A DNA stretch of 21,170 nucleotides from Halodesulfurarchaeum sp. (lineage in GTDB: Archaea > Halobacteriota > Halobacteria > Halobacteriales > Halobacteriaceae): the NCBI GenBank assembly GCA_042216015.1, contig JBDGUI010000041.1, forward strand, positions 1-21,170, read 5' to 3'. Position 1 is the stretch's first letter; every line of letters starts with the position of its first letter. This document shows positions 1 through 7,217 of the stretch, one piece after another. The notes beneath the pieces were generated by a model. That model saw nothing but the letters and a program-made list of their open reading frames with translations. It searched no databases and had not been told where the DNA came from. The position numbers were made by a program, and so were the translations under genes.

Positions 1-43
1 GCGGACACAAGAGACTTAGCCAGGAGCAGACGATAATGGGAAC

Positions 44-364
44 ATGGCACTCGAACTGGATCCGACACAACTCGGCCTCGAATTCGGCGGCGGGGCCATC
101 ATCGGGGGGATCATCGGTTTCGCGTTCAAGAAGATCGCGAAGGTGATCGCCATCCTCGTGGGTCTCGAACTCGCGCTGTTCAAGTTCCTCGAATCCCGCG
201 GGATCCTCACCGTCAAGTGGGACAGGCTGACCGGTGGGATCGTCGACGTGACTCGATCCGCCGCAATGGAAACGCCGCCGCCCTGGGTGAACACGATCCT
301 CTCGACGCTCTCCGTGGGGGCCGGGTTCACCGGGGGTTTCCTCGTCGGATTCAAGAAGGGGTAG
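44..364 (+). CDS. FUN14-family small membrane protein
   Basis: 106-aa ORF with Gly-rich hydrophobic segments (LGLEFGGGAIIGGIIGFAFKKIAK...; GAGFTGGFLVGFKKG) matching the archaeal FUN14 pattern. Confidence 0.85.
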   Translation: MALELDPTQLGLEFGGGAIIGGIIGFAFKKIAKVIAILVGLELALFKFLESRGILTVKWDRLTGGIVDVTRSAAMETPPPWVNTILSTLSVGAGFTGGFLVGFKKG

Positions 365-503
365 CTCTCGGCCAGTTCCAGATACAAGGATTCGGTCTCC
401 GACGCCAGGAATCGACCCCCCGGGCATCAGATATCCGACCCCCGGCATCGAAAATCACCGCGATGTGGAGAAGCAGTCCGCGACAACGGGATCCACGCCG
501 TGG

Positions 504-1229
504 TCACCGGCGGGAAATTTCGTCCTCGTCCCTGATGATTCGAACCTCGGCTTCGCCGCTCGTGTGTTCGTTCACCACGTCGTAGAAGTCGTTCTGCAGT
601 CCGGCCGGGAAGGTCAGTACCCCGATCCACGAGCCATCAGCCTGCCACTCCTCGCGTTCGAGGTCGCCGAACTGGCGAATCTGTGCCTGTGCGCTCCCGG
701 CGTACTCCGGGGGCACCTGCACGGCCATCGTCACCTCGTCGAAGCGGATCGGGATGATCGGTCGCAGGGCATCCAGTGCGTCTTCGACCTGGGCCTCGAC
801 CGGTTCCATCGGGTCGACGTCGAAGCCCGCCTCCTCGAGGGCGTTTTCGATCCGGTCGGGCGGGTGTGGCGCGTCGTCCATCTGGGGATTGACCGCGTTT
901 CGGGCGATGCGGTCGATGAGTTCCCGTTCCTTGCGCTCTAACATCTCGCGGCGCTGTTCGGCGGTGATCTGGATGTCGCCGTGCTCTACCACCTCGGGGA
1001 TGATCTCGAGGGGATCGGTCGTCCCGAAGACCTCCTCGACGTCCGATTCGGCCGGCCGATCCCCCCGCGAGGCGTTCTCGAAGACGTCTCGGGCCGCGAT
1101 GACGTCCTCGATGTCCCCGTCGAACTCACCTCGCTTGATGGCAAGAGCCGCGTCCGGATCCACGAGCACCTCGAATCGGGCGCCGTGGGATTCCAGCCGC
1201 GCCGTCACGGCATCGTCAAGTGATATCAT
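504..1229 (-). CDS. sdo1: Ribosome maturation protein SBDS/Sdo1
   Basis: MISLDDAVTARLESHGARFEVLVDP N-terminus, IQITAEQRR and NPQ...PHPP.RIE motifs; lies directly downstream of psmA as in other archaea. Confidence 0.96.
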   Translation of the reverse strand: MISLDDAVTARLESHGARFEVLVDPDAALAIKRGEFDGDIEDVIAARDVFENASRGDRPAESDVEEVFGTTDPLEIIPEVVEHGDIQITAEQRREMLERKERELIDRIARNAVNPQMDDAPHPPDRIENALEEAGFDVDPMEPVEAQVEDALDALRPIIPIRFDEVTMAVQVPPEYAGSAQAQIRQFGDLEREEWQADGSWIGVLTFPAGLQNDFYDVVNEHTSGEAEVRIIRDEDEISRR

Positions 1230-1295
1230 GGACTGGGCTACGGCGGGCGGGGTGAAAAATGTAGCACGTCCCGATCGGGATGGCCCGGGCTCGGG

Positions 1296-2027
1296 CTATT
1301 CGGCGAGAAGGTCGGCGTCTTCGAGGTACTCCCGGATCTCCTCCTCGGCGAGTTCGAGGTATTGCTCTGATTCGGCGTCGACGGTTGCCGCACCGACGCC
1401 CTCCGGAGCGATCCCCTCCTCCGAGACCGAACCCAGCGCCCGCAGCGCCAGTCCGACGGCCTCCGCGAGTTCGATTTCGGGGTCGTACTCCTCCTCGAGG
1501 AAGGACTGGAGGTCCCCTCGATCCGATCCGATGGCGATGGCTTGCCACTCGTAGGGAGTTCCACTCGGGTCGGTCTCGAAGAGTCGGGGTCGCCCATTCT
1601 CGAGCCCGCCGATGAGCAGGGCCACCCCGAAGGGGCGCGCCCCGCCGATCTGGGTGAATTGCTGGATGTGGTCGGTCACGTCCTTCGTCAGTGTCTCCAC
1701 ACCGATCGGTTCCTCGTAGCGGAGACGATTCACCTGCGCGTCCCTGCGGGCGAAATCGATGAGGCGTCTGGCGTCGGCGACGTGGCCCGCACTCGCGATT
1801 CCGATGTGGTCGTCGGCCTTGTGGAGTTTTTCCACCGAGGACTGCTCGACCAGCGGGGACCGAACGGGCTTGTCCACGACGAGAGCGACCCCGTCGCTGG
1901 CCCGGACGCCGATGCTCGCGGTGCCGCGTTTGACCGCCTCCCGGGCGTATTCGACCTGGTAGAGTCGACCGTCCGGCGAGAAGATGGTGATACCCCGATC
2001 GTACGCTTGCTGTTGTTGACCCTGCAT
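1296..2027 (-). CDS. psmA: 20S proteasome subunit alpha
   Basis: YDRGITIFSPDGRLYQVEYAREAV alpha-subunit signature and RPFGVALL; start moved to ATG 2027 (MQGQQQQAYDRG) because the longer ORF overlaps rnp2. Confidence 0.97.
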   Translation of the reverse strand: MQGQQQQAYDRGITIFSPDGRLYQVEYAREAVKRGTASIGVRASDGVALVVDKPVRSPLVEQSSVEKLHKADDHIGIASAGHVADARRLIDFARRDAQVNRLRYEEPIGVETLTKDVTDHIQQFTQIGGARPFGVALLIGGLENGRPRLFETDPSGTPYEWQAIAIGSDRGDLQSFLEEEYDPEIELAEAVGLALRALGSVSEEGIAPEGVGAATVDAESEQYLELAEEEIREYLEDADLLAE

Positions 2028-2029
2028 GG

Positions 2030-2506
2030 TTAGAGCTCCTGTGGCGTGGTGCCCACGAACGCGTCCCCGAGATCGACGTCGACCCGGTCCTCCCGGGACA
2101 CCGCCGTCCCGTGTTCTCCCCGGTACTCGACCGGTTCCCACCCGGTCGGTTCGGGGGGGCCGTCACGGTAGTGTTCCTCGACCGCTCGAATGGTGCCCCC
2201 GACCCCCCGGACGCCGATCCGAACCGGCGTTCCGTCAACGGACATGAGGCAGGCGAGCGCACTGCGGGCCCGTTCGACGGCGTCCCGTCGAACCCGGACG
2301 ATCGCCGACCCCCCACCCGCGGTGAACGCCGCCTCGACAACCTGCAGATCGACGGCGGCACTCGCCGCGTCGCCGAGCAGCGACCGCGAGGCCGACCAGA
2401 CCGACTCCTGGAAGGCCCGTGTCTCGAGTACGGCCTCGGGCCAGGTCTCGATCTCGACGGCGAGATACCGATACCTGGGCCGCAGGTGTTTCGGAAGGTG
2501 TCGCAC
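2030..2506 (-). CDS. rnp2: Ribonuclease P protein component 2 (Pop5/Rpp14 family)
   Basis: (V/M)RHLPKHLRPRYRYLAVEIE N-terminus and GVGGTIRA motif; GTG start at 2506 inferred from family N-terminus. Confidence 0.9.
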   Translation of the reverse strand: MRHLPKHLRPRYRYLAVEIETWPEAVLETRAFQESVWSASRSLLGDAASAAVDLQVVEAAFTAGGGSAIVRVRRDAVERARSALACLMSVDGTPVRIGVRGVGGTIRAVEEHYRDGPPEPTGWEPVEYRGEHGTAVSREDRVDVDLGDAFVGTTPQEL

Positions 2507-2536
2507 GGGGGCCCTTGCACGCGGACGGATGTAACT

Positions 2537-2603
2537 CCACGGATCCGATTCAATCCAGGGATCAGAGTGCACTGTGCTTCCAATACAGCCCCACGGATCC
2601 GAT
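2537..2603. repeat. Short direct repeats CCA(C/G)GGATC(C/A)GA x3 between rnp3 and rnp2
   Basis: ccacggatccgat at 2537-2549 and 2591-2603 (identical); ccagggatcaga at 2555-2566. Confidence 0.7.
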
Positions 2604-2624
2604 ACCCGGCACTCGGGTGGCTGT

Positions 2625-3353
2625 TCAGTTCGATTCAGACCTGTCTTGGGCCACTCCCTCCTGGTCGTCCTCGATTCGAACGCCCGGCGCGACCCTCGAC
2701 GGATCTCTGCGCGCACGGGTGCGATCGACGATCCGGCCCCACGCCGCCAGACCGTCACGGACTTGTCCGCGGTCGAACCCGATTTCCGCACCGACTGCCA
2801 GCAATTCTCGGGGACCTCGAACCTCGAGATGGGTTCGAGGGGAGCCGGAAACGACGAACGGGGCATCGGCGTCCTCGATCAGGTCGCGGAGTTTTCGGAG
2901 GCGTTTGATCGCCCGGACGCGGGTGCCACCGGTTTCGCGAAGCACCGGACCGAGATCGACCTCGAGGGCGACCTCGTTTCTCGCTGCTGCCTCGGCGATG
3001 ACGTGATTGACGTCCCCCTCCCCACCCATCGGGTCCGCGAGCACGTCGACCCGGGGGGATTCCACGGCAAACCGGTTCAGTTCCGGATCCCGGCCTCTGA
3101 GGAGCAGGATCTCGGCCTCCGGTCGTCGGTTCCCGATCGTCCCGCTCGCCCTGGCCTTCTCCCGGGCGGCGATTTCGATGCCCCGGACGACATCGATACC
3201 GTACCGCTCGGCGAGTGGGTCGGCTTCGACCTCGACCATCGCCGACTGGCGATTTCGTACGACCATCCCGTCGAAGCCAGCCCTGGAGACGGTCAGGGCG
3301 AACCGACCGGGGGTCGTCTCCCCTCCTGCTTCGACGTGGACGGCCTCGTACAT
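2625..3353 (-). CDS. rnp3: Ribonuclease P protein component 3 (Rpp30 family)
   Basis: MYEAVH start, LNRFAVE...VDVLA, DVNHVIA.AAARNEVALE, PFVVSG...HLEVRGPREL motifs; conserved position. Confidence 0.92.
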   Translation of the reverse strand: MYEAVHVEAGGETTPGRFALTVSRAGFDGMVVRNRQSAMVEVEADPLAERYGIDVVRGIEIAAREKARASGTIGNRRPEAEILLLRGRDPELNRFAVESPRVDVLADPMGGEGDVNHVIAEAAARNEVALEVDLGPVLRETGGTRVRAIKRLRKLRDLIEDADAPFVVSGSPRTHLEVRGPRELLAVGAEIGFDRGQVRDGLAAWGRIVDRTRARRDPSRVAPGVRIEDDQEGVAQDRSESN

Positions 3354-3354
3354 G

Positions 3355-3771
3355 TCAGGTCAGTGCCTCCCGGGCGTTCTCGAGTGCCCGTTCTCGCTTC
3401 GCCGGGTAGGCCTCGACCTTCGCCCGGAGGGTGATTCCATCCCCGAGTTCGACATCCCCCCGGGCTGCGGCCTGCTTATCGAGGCCGACGTAGAGGGCGT
3501 TGTTCTCGTCGAGTCGATCCTCGAGGTCGGCCCGGATCCGCCCCAGGCCGATTCCCGCTTCGAGCCGGTCGAAAATCGTCGCGATCTCGCCGGCCCGCTC
3601 GACGCGGGACGTGAGTACGACGATCCGATCGCCGTGATGTCCCTCCCCGACCGCGGATTCGATCTCCGCCTCCGGCGGAAGAACGGTGTGCAGGGCCGTA
3701 CGCACGCGGGGTTCCTCCTCCGTCGCATAGCAGAACGCCCGGAGGTCGACGTAATGGAAGGGGAGTCCCAT
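3355..3771 (-). CDS. Putative RNA-binding protein (DUF54/COG1325, exosome-superoperon associated)
   Basis: FCYATEEE.RV..AL, GEGHHGDRI, LDKQAA..G and AKVEAYPAK motifs; immediately upstream of rnp3. Confidence 0.88.
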   Translation of the reverse strand: MGLPFHYVDLRAFCYATEEEPRVRTALHTVLPPEAEIESAVGEGHHGDRIVVLTSRVERAGEIATIFDRLEAGIGLGRIRADLEDRLDENNALYVGLDKQAAARGDVELGDGITLRAKVEAYPAKRERALENAREALT

Positions 3772-3776
3772 CCCAG

Positions 3777-3983
3777 TCAGTCGTCGTCTTCCACGCCGTC
3801 CTCCTCGGCGACGGGCTCGAGGTGGTCCTCCGGGACGCCAGCCTCCTGACCGTCCTCGAAGGAGACCGTGTAGTTCGCGTCGCCGAACATGGTCTCGACG
3901 ACCTGCGTGACCGTCCCGATTTCGCCGTCGTATTCGCTGTGCTCGTCGGTGAGCCGTACCTCGTCGTCCTCTTCGAATGCCAT
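3777..3983 (-). CDS. Small acidic conserved haloarchaeal protein (SH3/KOW-like, DUF1918-like)
   Basis: 68 aa, very acidic, beta-rich pattern (DEV.L..EHSEYDGEIGTVTQV..TMFGDANYTVSF); TTTAAT box about 25-30 nt upstream on minus strand. Confidence 0.8.
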   Translation of the reverse strand: MAFEEDDEVRLTDEHSEYDGEIGTVTQVVETMFGDANYTVSFEDGQEAGVPEDHLEPVAEEDGVEDDD

Positions 3984-4003
3984 GTCACGGGCTATTTCCC
4001 CGG

Positions 4004-4017
4004 CTCATTAAAGTCAA
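4004..4017 (-). promoter_or_regulatory. Putative TATA box (GACTTTAATGAG) for the leaderless 3983 gene and possibly the downstream rnp operon
   Basis: AT-rich TTTAAT about 25-30 nt upstream of ATG 3983 in a GC-rich background. Confidence 0.6.
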
Positions 4018-4068
4018 CCGGTCTCGCACACGCCTGCGCTCGATTGCCCGGGGAACCGCAGCGCTTCC

Positions 4069-4176
4069 TCAGTCGATGCGATCGATTTGCTCGCCCTCCT
4101 CCCGGTCCAGTACGAGCTTCCAGATCAGGGCAACGAGGATCAGTGCCACGCCGACCTTGAGGATTGTGCGTCCCAT
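4069..4176 (-). CDS. Putative 35-aa single-transmembrane small protein
   Basis: MGRTILKVGVALILVALIWKLVLDREEGEQIDRID: hydrophobic helix plus acidic tail; AAAGCGTATATC TATA-like element about 25-30 nt upstream; fills an otherwise empty gap. Confidence 0.6.
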   Translation of the reverse strand: MGRTILKVGVALILVALIWKLVLDREEGEQIDRID

Positions 4177-4258
4177 ACGAATCGGTACGACAGCGAGGGA
4201 TATACGCTTTCGGGCAGCCGTGGGCTCCCCCGACCGGCCACCGATGAGACCGGACCGA

Positions 4259-4723
4259 TCAGGTTTCGATGTGTTCGGTGATGGTATCGCGGACGATCGT
4301 ATCACAGTACCGACACTGGACCCCGGTCTCGAGCACGGAGAAGTGGGTGTCGACCGGCTCTCCGGCGTTGGTGATGCAGTTCGTGTTCGGACAGGTAAGG
4401 ACCCCCACGACCGTCTCGGGGCGCTCGACCCTGGATTTCTCGATCACCTCGTAGTCTCGGATGATGTTGATCGTCGCATCCGGCGCGATCAGTGAGAGCA
4501 CATCGACCTCCTCCTGACTCAGTTCCTTGCCCTCGACCTTCACCACGTCCTTTCGACCGAGTCGGTCACTCGGGACGTTGATGCCCAGACTGACGGTCTC
4601 CCCCGCCGTTCCGTCGATGCCGAGAATCCCCAGCACGCGTAGGGCCTCGCCGGCGGTGACGTGGTCGATGACGGTGCCGTTCTCGATCTTGCTCACGCGA
4701 AGTTCGGTTGCTGTCTCGGTCAT
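4259..4723 (-). CDS. pyrI: Aspartate carbamoyltransferase regulatory chain
   Basis: [24 protein letters not shown], Zn ligands CPNTNC...CRYC; start overlaps the pyrB stop. Confidence 0.97.
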   Translation of the reverse strand: MTETATELRVSKIENGTVIDHVTAGEALRVLGILGIDGTAGETVSLGINVPSDRLGRKDVVKVEGKELSQEEVDVLSLIAPDATINIIRDYEVIEKSRVERPETVVGVLTCPNTNCITNAGEPVDTHFSVLETGVQCRYCDTIVRDTITEHIET

Positions 4724-5622
4724 AGTAGCATGTCGAGGAGGGCCATTCGAACCGGGACCCCGTTGTGTGCCTGTTCGAAGTACTTCGCTCCCGGCAGGTC
4801 GTCGATTCCCGGGGCGATCTCCTCGACCCGCGGGAGCGGGTGCAATATCGTGAGGTCCTCGTTCGTGGCGAGAACGGTCTCCGTGTCGAGTCGGTACTGG
4901 CCGGCCACCGCCTTGTACTCGTCCTCGTCCGGGAAGCGCTCCCGCTGGATTCGGGTCACGTAGAGCACGTCGAGTTCCGGCAGGATCTCCTCGAAGTCCT
5001 CGTGCTCTCGGACCTGGGCGCCTTGCTCGTGGAGATCATAGCGGACGCTCCGGGGGAGTCGCAGGCTCTCCGGACTGATGAAGTGCTGGGAGGTCTCGAA
5101 GTTCGTCAGCGCCTGGGCGAGGGAGTGGACCGTCCGGCCGTACTTGAGATCGCCCATGATTCCGATCGTGAGATCGTCGAGGCCCACCTCCTCCCGGATG
5201 GTGAACAGATCGAGGAGCGTCTGGGTCGGGTGCTGGCCAGCACCGTCGCCGGCGTTGAGAAGCGGAACGTCCACGAACTCCGCGGCCATGGTCGCTGCCC
5301 CCTCCATCGGATGCCGGAGGACGATGGCGTCGGCGTAGCCCTCGATCACCCGGAGGGTGTCCGCGAGCGTTTCGCCCTTCTTCACGCTCGAGAACTCGAC
5401 GGGACCCATGTCGATGACGTCCCCGCCGAGGCGCTTGATCGCCGCCTCGAAGCTCATCTTCGTCCGCGTGCTGGGTTCGAAGAAGGCCGTGGCGAGCAGC
5501 GCACCCTCGTGGGCGTCCACCACGTCTCGCTGGTTTTCGGCGAAGTCGGCGGCCCTGGAAAGCACCGCCTCGATGTCCGCCCGGGAGAACTGTTTGGCGG
5601 AGATCACGTGCTCGTGACGCAT
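4720..5622 (-). CDS. pyrB: Aspartate carbamoyltransferase catalytic chain
   Basis: FFEPSTRT carbamoyl-phosphate motif, [30 protein letters not shown]; start placed at ATG 5622 ([11 protein letters not shown]). Confidence 0.97.
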   Translation of the reverse strand: MRHEHVISAKQFSRADIEAVLSRAADFAENQRDVVDAHEGALLATAFFEPSTRTKMSFEAAIKRLGGDVIDMGPVEFSSVKKGETLADTLRVIEGYADAIVLRHPMEGAATMAAEFVDVPLLNAGDGAGQHPTQTLLDLFTIREEVGLDDLTIGIMGDLKYGRTVHSLAQALTNFETSQHFISPESLRLPRSVRYDLHEQGAQVREHEDFEEILPELDVLYVTRIQRERFPDEDEYKAVAGQYRLDTETVLATNEDLTILHPLPRVEEIAPGIDDLPGAKYFEQAHNGVPVRMALLDMLL

Positions 5623-5681
5623 CAGGTAAGATCCCTCGTGGCAGTGTATTGAATCCCTCGCATGTCTGCTCGACTGCCCCG

Positions 5682-5764
5682 CTCCCCTCTCCTCTCCATC
5701 TCCCTCCACCTCACCTCCCAACTCCCCCATCTCAACCTCCCCCATTTTCCCTTTCCCCCTTTCC
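5682..5764. repeat. Low-complexity pyrimidine-rich tract (83 nt without G on + strand)
   Basis: ctcccctctcctctccatc...ctttccccctttcc; contains ctcccccat twice (5722-5730, 5737-5745). Confidence 0.9.
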
Positions 5765-5780
5765 GGAAGGGTTTATATCA
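5765..5780 (+). promoter_or_regulatory. BRE/TATA promoter (GGAAGGG TTTATAT) of leaderless minD-like gene
   Basis: TTTATA at 5772-5777, 26-31 nt upstream of ATG 5803. Confidence 0.75.
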
Positions 5781-5802
5781 CAGGACCGGCCCACCCCCTG
5801 CC

Positions 5803-6414
5803 ATGCTCGCGGTGACCGGCGGCAAGGGAGGATCGGGAAAGACGACGACTGCACTGGGACTCGCCGTGACGCTCTCGAATCGCCGGCGCGAACCGGTCGT
5901 GATCGACGCCGACGTCGACATGCCGAACCTGCACATCAGGGCCGGCGTCGGAGACGGAGGGCTCACGACCCTCGCGGCCGGCGCCACCATCGAGGAAGCC
6001 TCCACGGAATCCGACCGCTACCCGGGGGTCTCGATCGTCGGGGCGACGCCGGGCACCGACCTCGAGGCGGCGTTGTGTAGGGTGGTGACGGATCGACCGG
6101 TCATTCTCGATGGCGCCGCCGGGGCCTCCGAACGGGCAGTGACGCCGCTCAGACACGCAGAGCAGGCTGTCGTCGTCACCAGAGAAACGCCCGCCTCCAT
6201 CACGGACACCGTCAAGTCGGTGCGCATGTCACGCGCCGTTTCCACCGCCGTCACCGGAGTGGTAGTGAGTCGGGCCGAGTCCGTTTCCCGGGAGGTTCGG
6301 AACACCCTCGGAACCGGTCCCGTACACGCTGTGCCCACGGTCGACCGGCCGGTCTCGAACGACCGTGCACGACACGCGTACGACGAAATCGTCGAGGCGT
6401 GGGCGAACGCTTAA
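5803..6414 (+). CDS. Short MinD/ParA-family ATPase
   Basis: Deviant Walker A GGKGGSGKTT, DADVDMPNL (Walker A'), VILDGAAG (Walker B); 203 aa from ATG 5803. Confidence 0.9.
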   Translation: MLAVTGGKGGSGKTTTALGLAVTLSNRRREPVVIDADVDMPNLHIRAGVGDGGLTTLAAGATIEEASTESDRYPGVSIVGATPGTDLEAALCRVVTDRPVILDGAAGASERAVTPLRHAEQAVVVTRETPASITDTVKSVRMSRAVSTAVTGVVVSRAESVSREVRNTLGTGPVHAVPTVDRPVSNDRARHAYDEIVEAWANA

Positions 6415-6440
6415 TGGGAATGGTGCCCTCGGATATATCG

Positions 6441-7067
6441 ATGGCGAACAGACTCTCCACCGGGGTCGAGGTCCTCGACCGCGAACTCGCCGGGGGGCTG
6501 CCGGCCGGGAGCGTCGTCGCGTTCCAGGCCCCCGCGGCGAGCCAGGGGGAGTTGTTGCTCTACGAGTTGACTCGCCCCCGGTCGACGCTCTATCTCACGA
6601 GCGATCGGCGAGAGGACGCCGTCGCGGACGCGATCAGCGCCACCACGGCCCCGACGGGGGATCCCGAGATCAGGTTGGTCTCGGGCGAGGATCCGATCGA
6701 CACCACTCGACGGGCCGTCCGGGAGGCCTACGACGAGATGACGGTCATCGTCGATCCGATCGACACGCTCGAGCGGGGCGAACGAGCCCGATACGAGCAG
6801 TTGTTGAACGAGATCCGAAACCACATGCTCAACACGGGCGGGATCGCCTTCCTGCACGCCCTCGAAGGCGAGAGCACGCCGCCGCTCCGTTCGACGACCC
6901 AGCACATGGCAGACGTCGTGCTCGACCTCGACGTGCGGATCAAGGGCAGCGAGATCGATAGCCGGCTCACCGTCCGCAAGTATCGCGGGGGCCAAATCCC
7001 GAACGAGACGATCAAACTCGACCTGAGCGAGCGGGTGCGGGTGGACACCAGCCGGGACATCGCATAA
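6441..7067 (+). CDS. KaiC/RAD55-like single-domain RecA-fold protein with degenerate Walker A
   Basis: RLSTGVEVLDRELAGGLPAGS N-terminus, ADVVLDL, LTVRKYRGG; P-loop position reads APAASQGE. Confidence 0.87.
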   Translation: MANRLSTGVEVLDRELAGGLPAGSVVAFQAPAASQGELLLYELTRPRSTLYLTSDRREDAVADAISATTAPTGDPEIRLVSGEDPIDTTRRAVREAYDEMTVIVDPIDTLERGERARYEQLLNEIRNHMLNTGGIAFLHALEGESTPPLRSTTQHMADVVLDLDVRIKGSEIDSRLTVRKYRGGQIPNETIKLDLSERVRVDTSRDIA

Positions 7068-7158
7068 GTTGGATATCAGCCGGGACATCGCTCGAACAGT
7101 GGAAACCGCCTGGCAGAGCCCCCGAATGGTGGACCCCAGCTGGGACGCCTTCCGAGGG
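7041..7158 (+). repeat. Degenerate tandem repeat, 4 units of 28-30 nt, starting in the 3' end of the KaiC-like gene
   Basis: tggacaccagccgggacatcgc (7042-7063) vs tggatatcagccgggacatcgc (7070-7091), 20/22 identical; weaker units start at 7099 and 7129. Confidence 0.65.
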
Positions 7159-7217
7159 CCGGGGTTTCACCGATCGATGGTCACTCTCTCGACAGAAACG
7201 GAAAAGCCGTCGGTCGG

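Noticed and set aside
412..449. Imperfect repeat CGACCCCC(C)GG(G)CATC twice between FUN14 and sdo1
   Set aside because: Only two short GC-rich copies in a convergent gap; too weak to interpret
5662..5802. Pro/Leu/His-rich N-terminal extension of the MinD-like ORF
   Set aside because: It is the translation of the low-complexity tract; a good TATA box sits inside it at the right distance from ATG 5803
7041..7158. Possible CRISPR mini-array
   Set aside because: Units are contiguous and degenerate with no unique spacers of normal length, no leader and no cas genes
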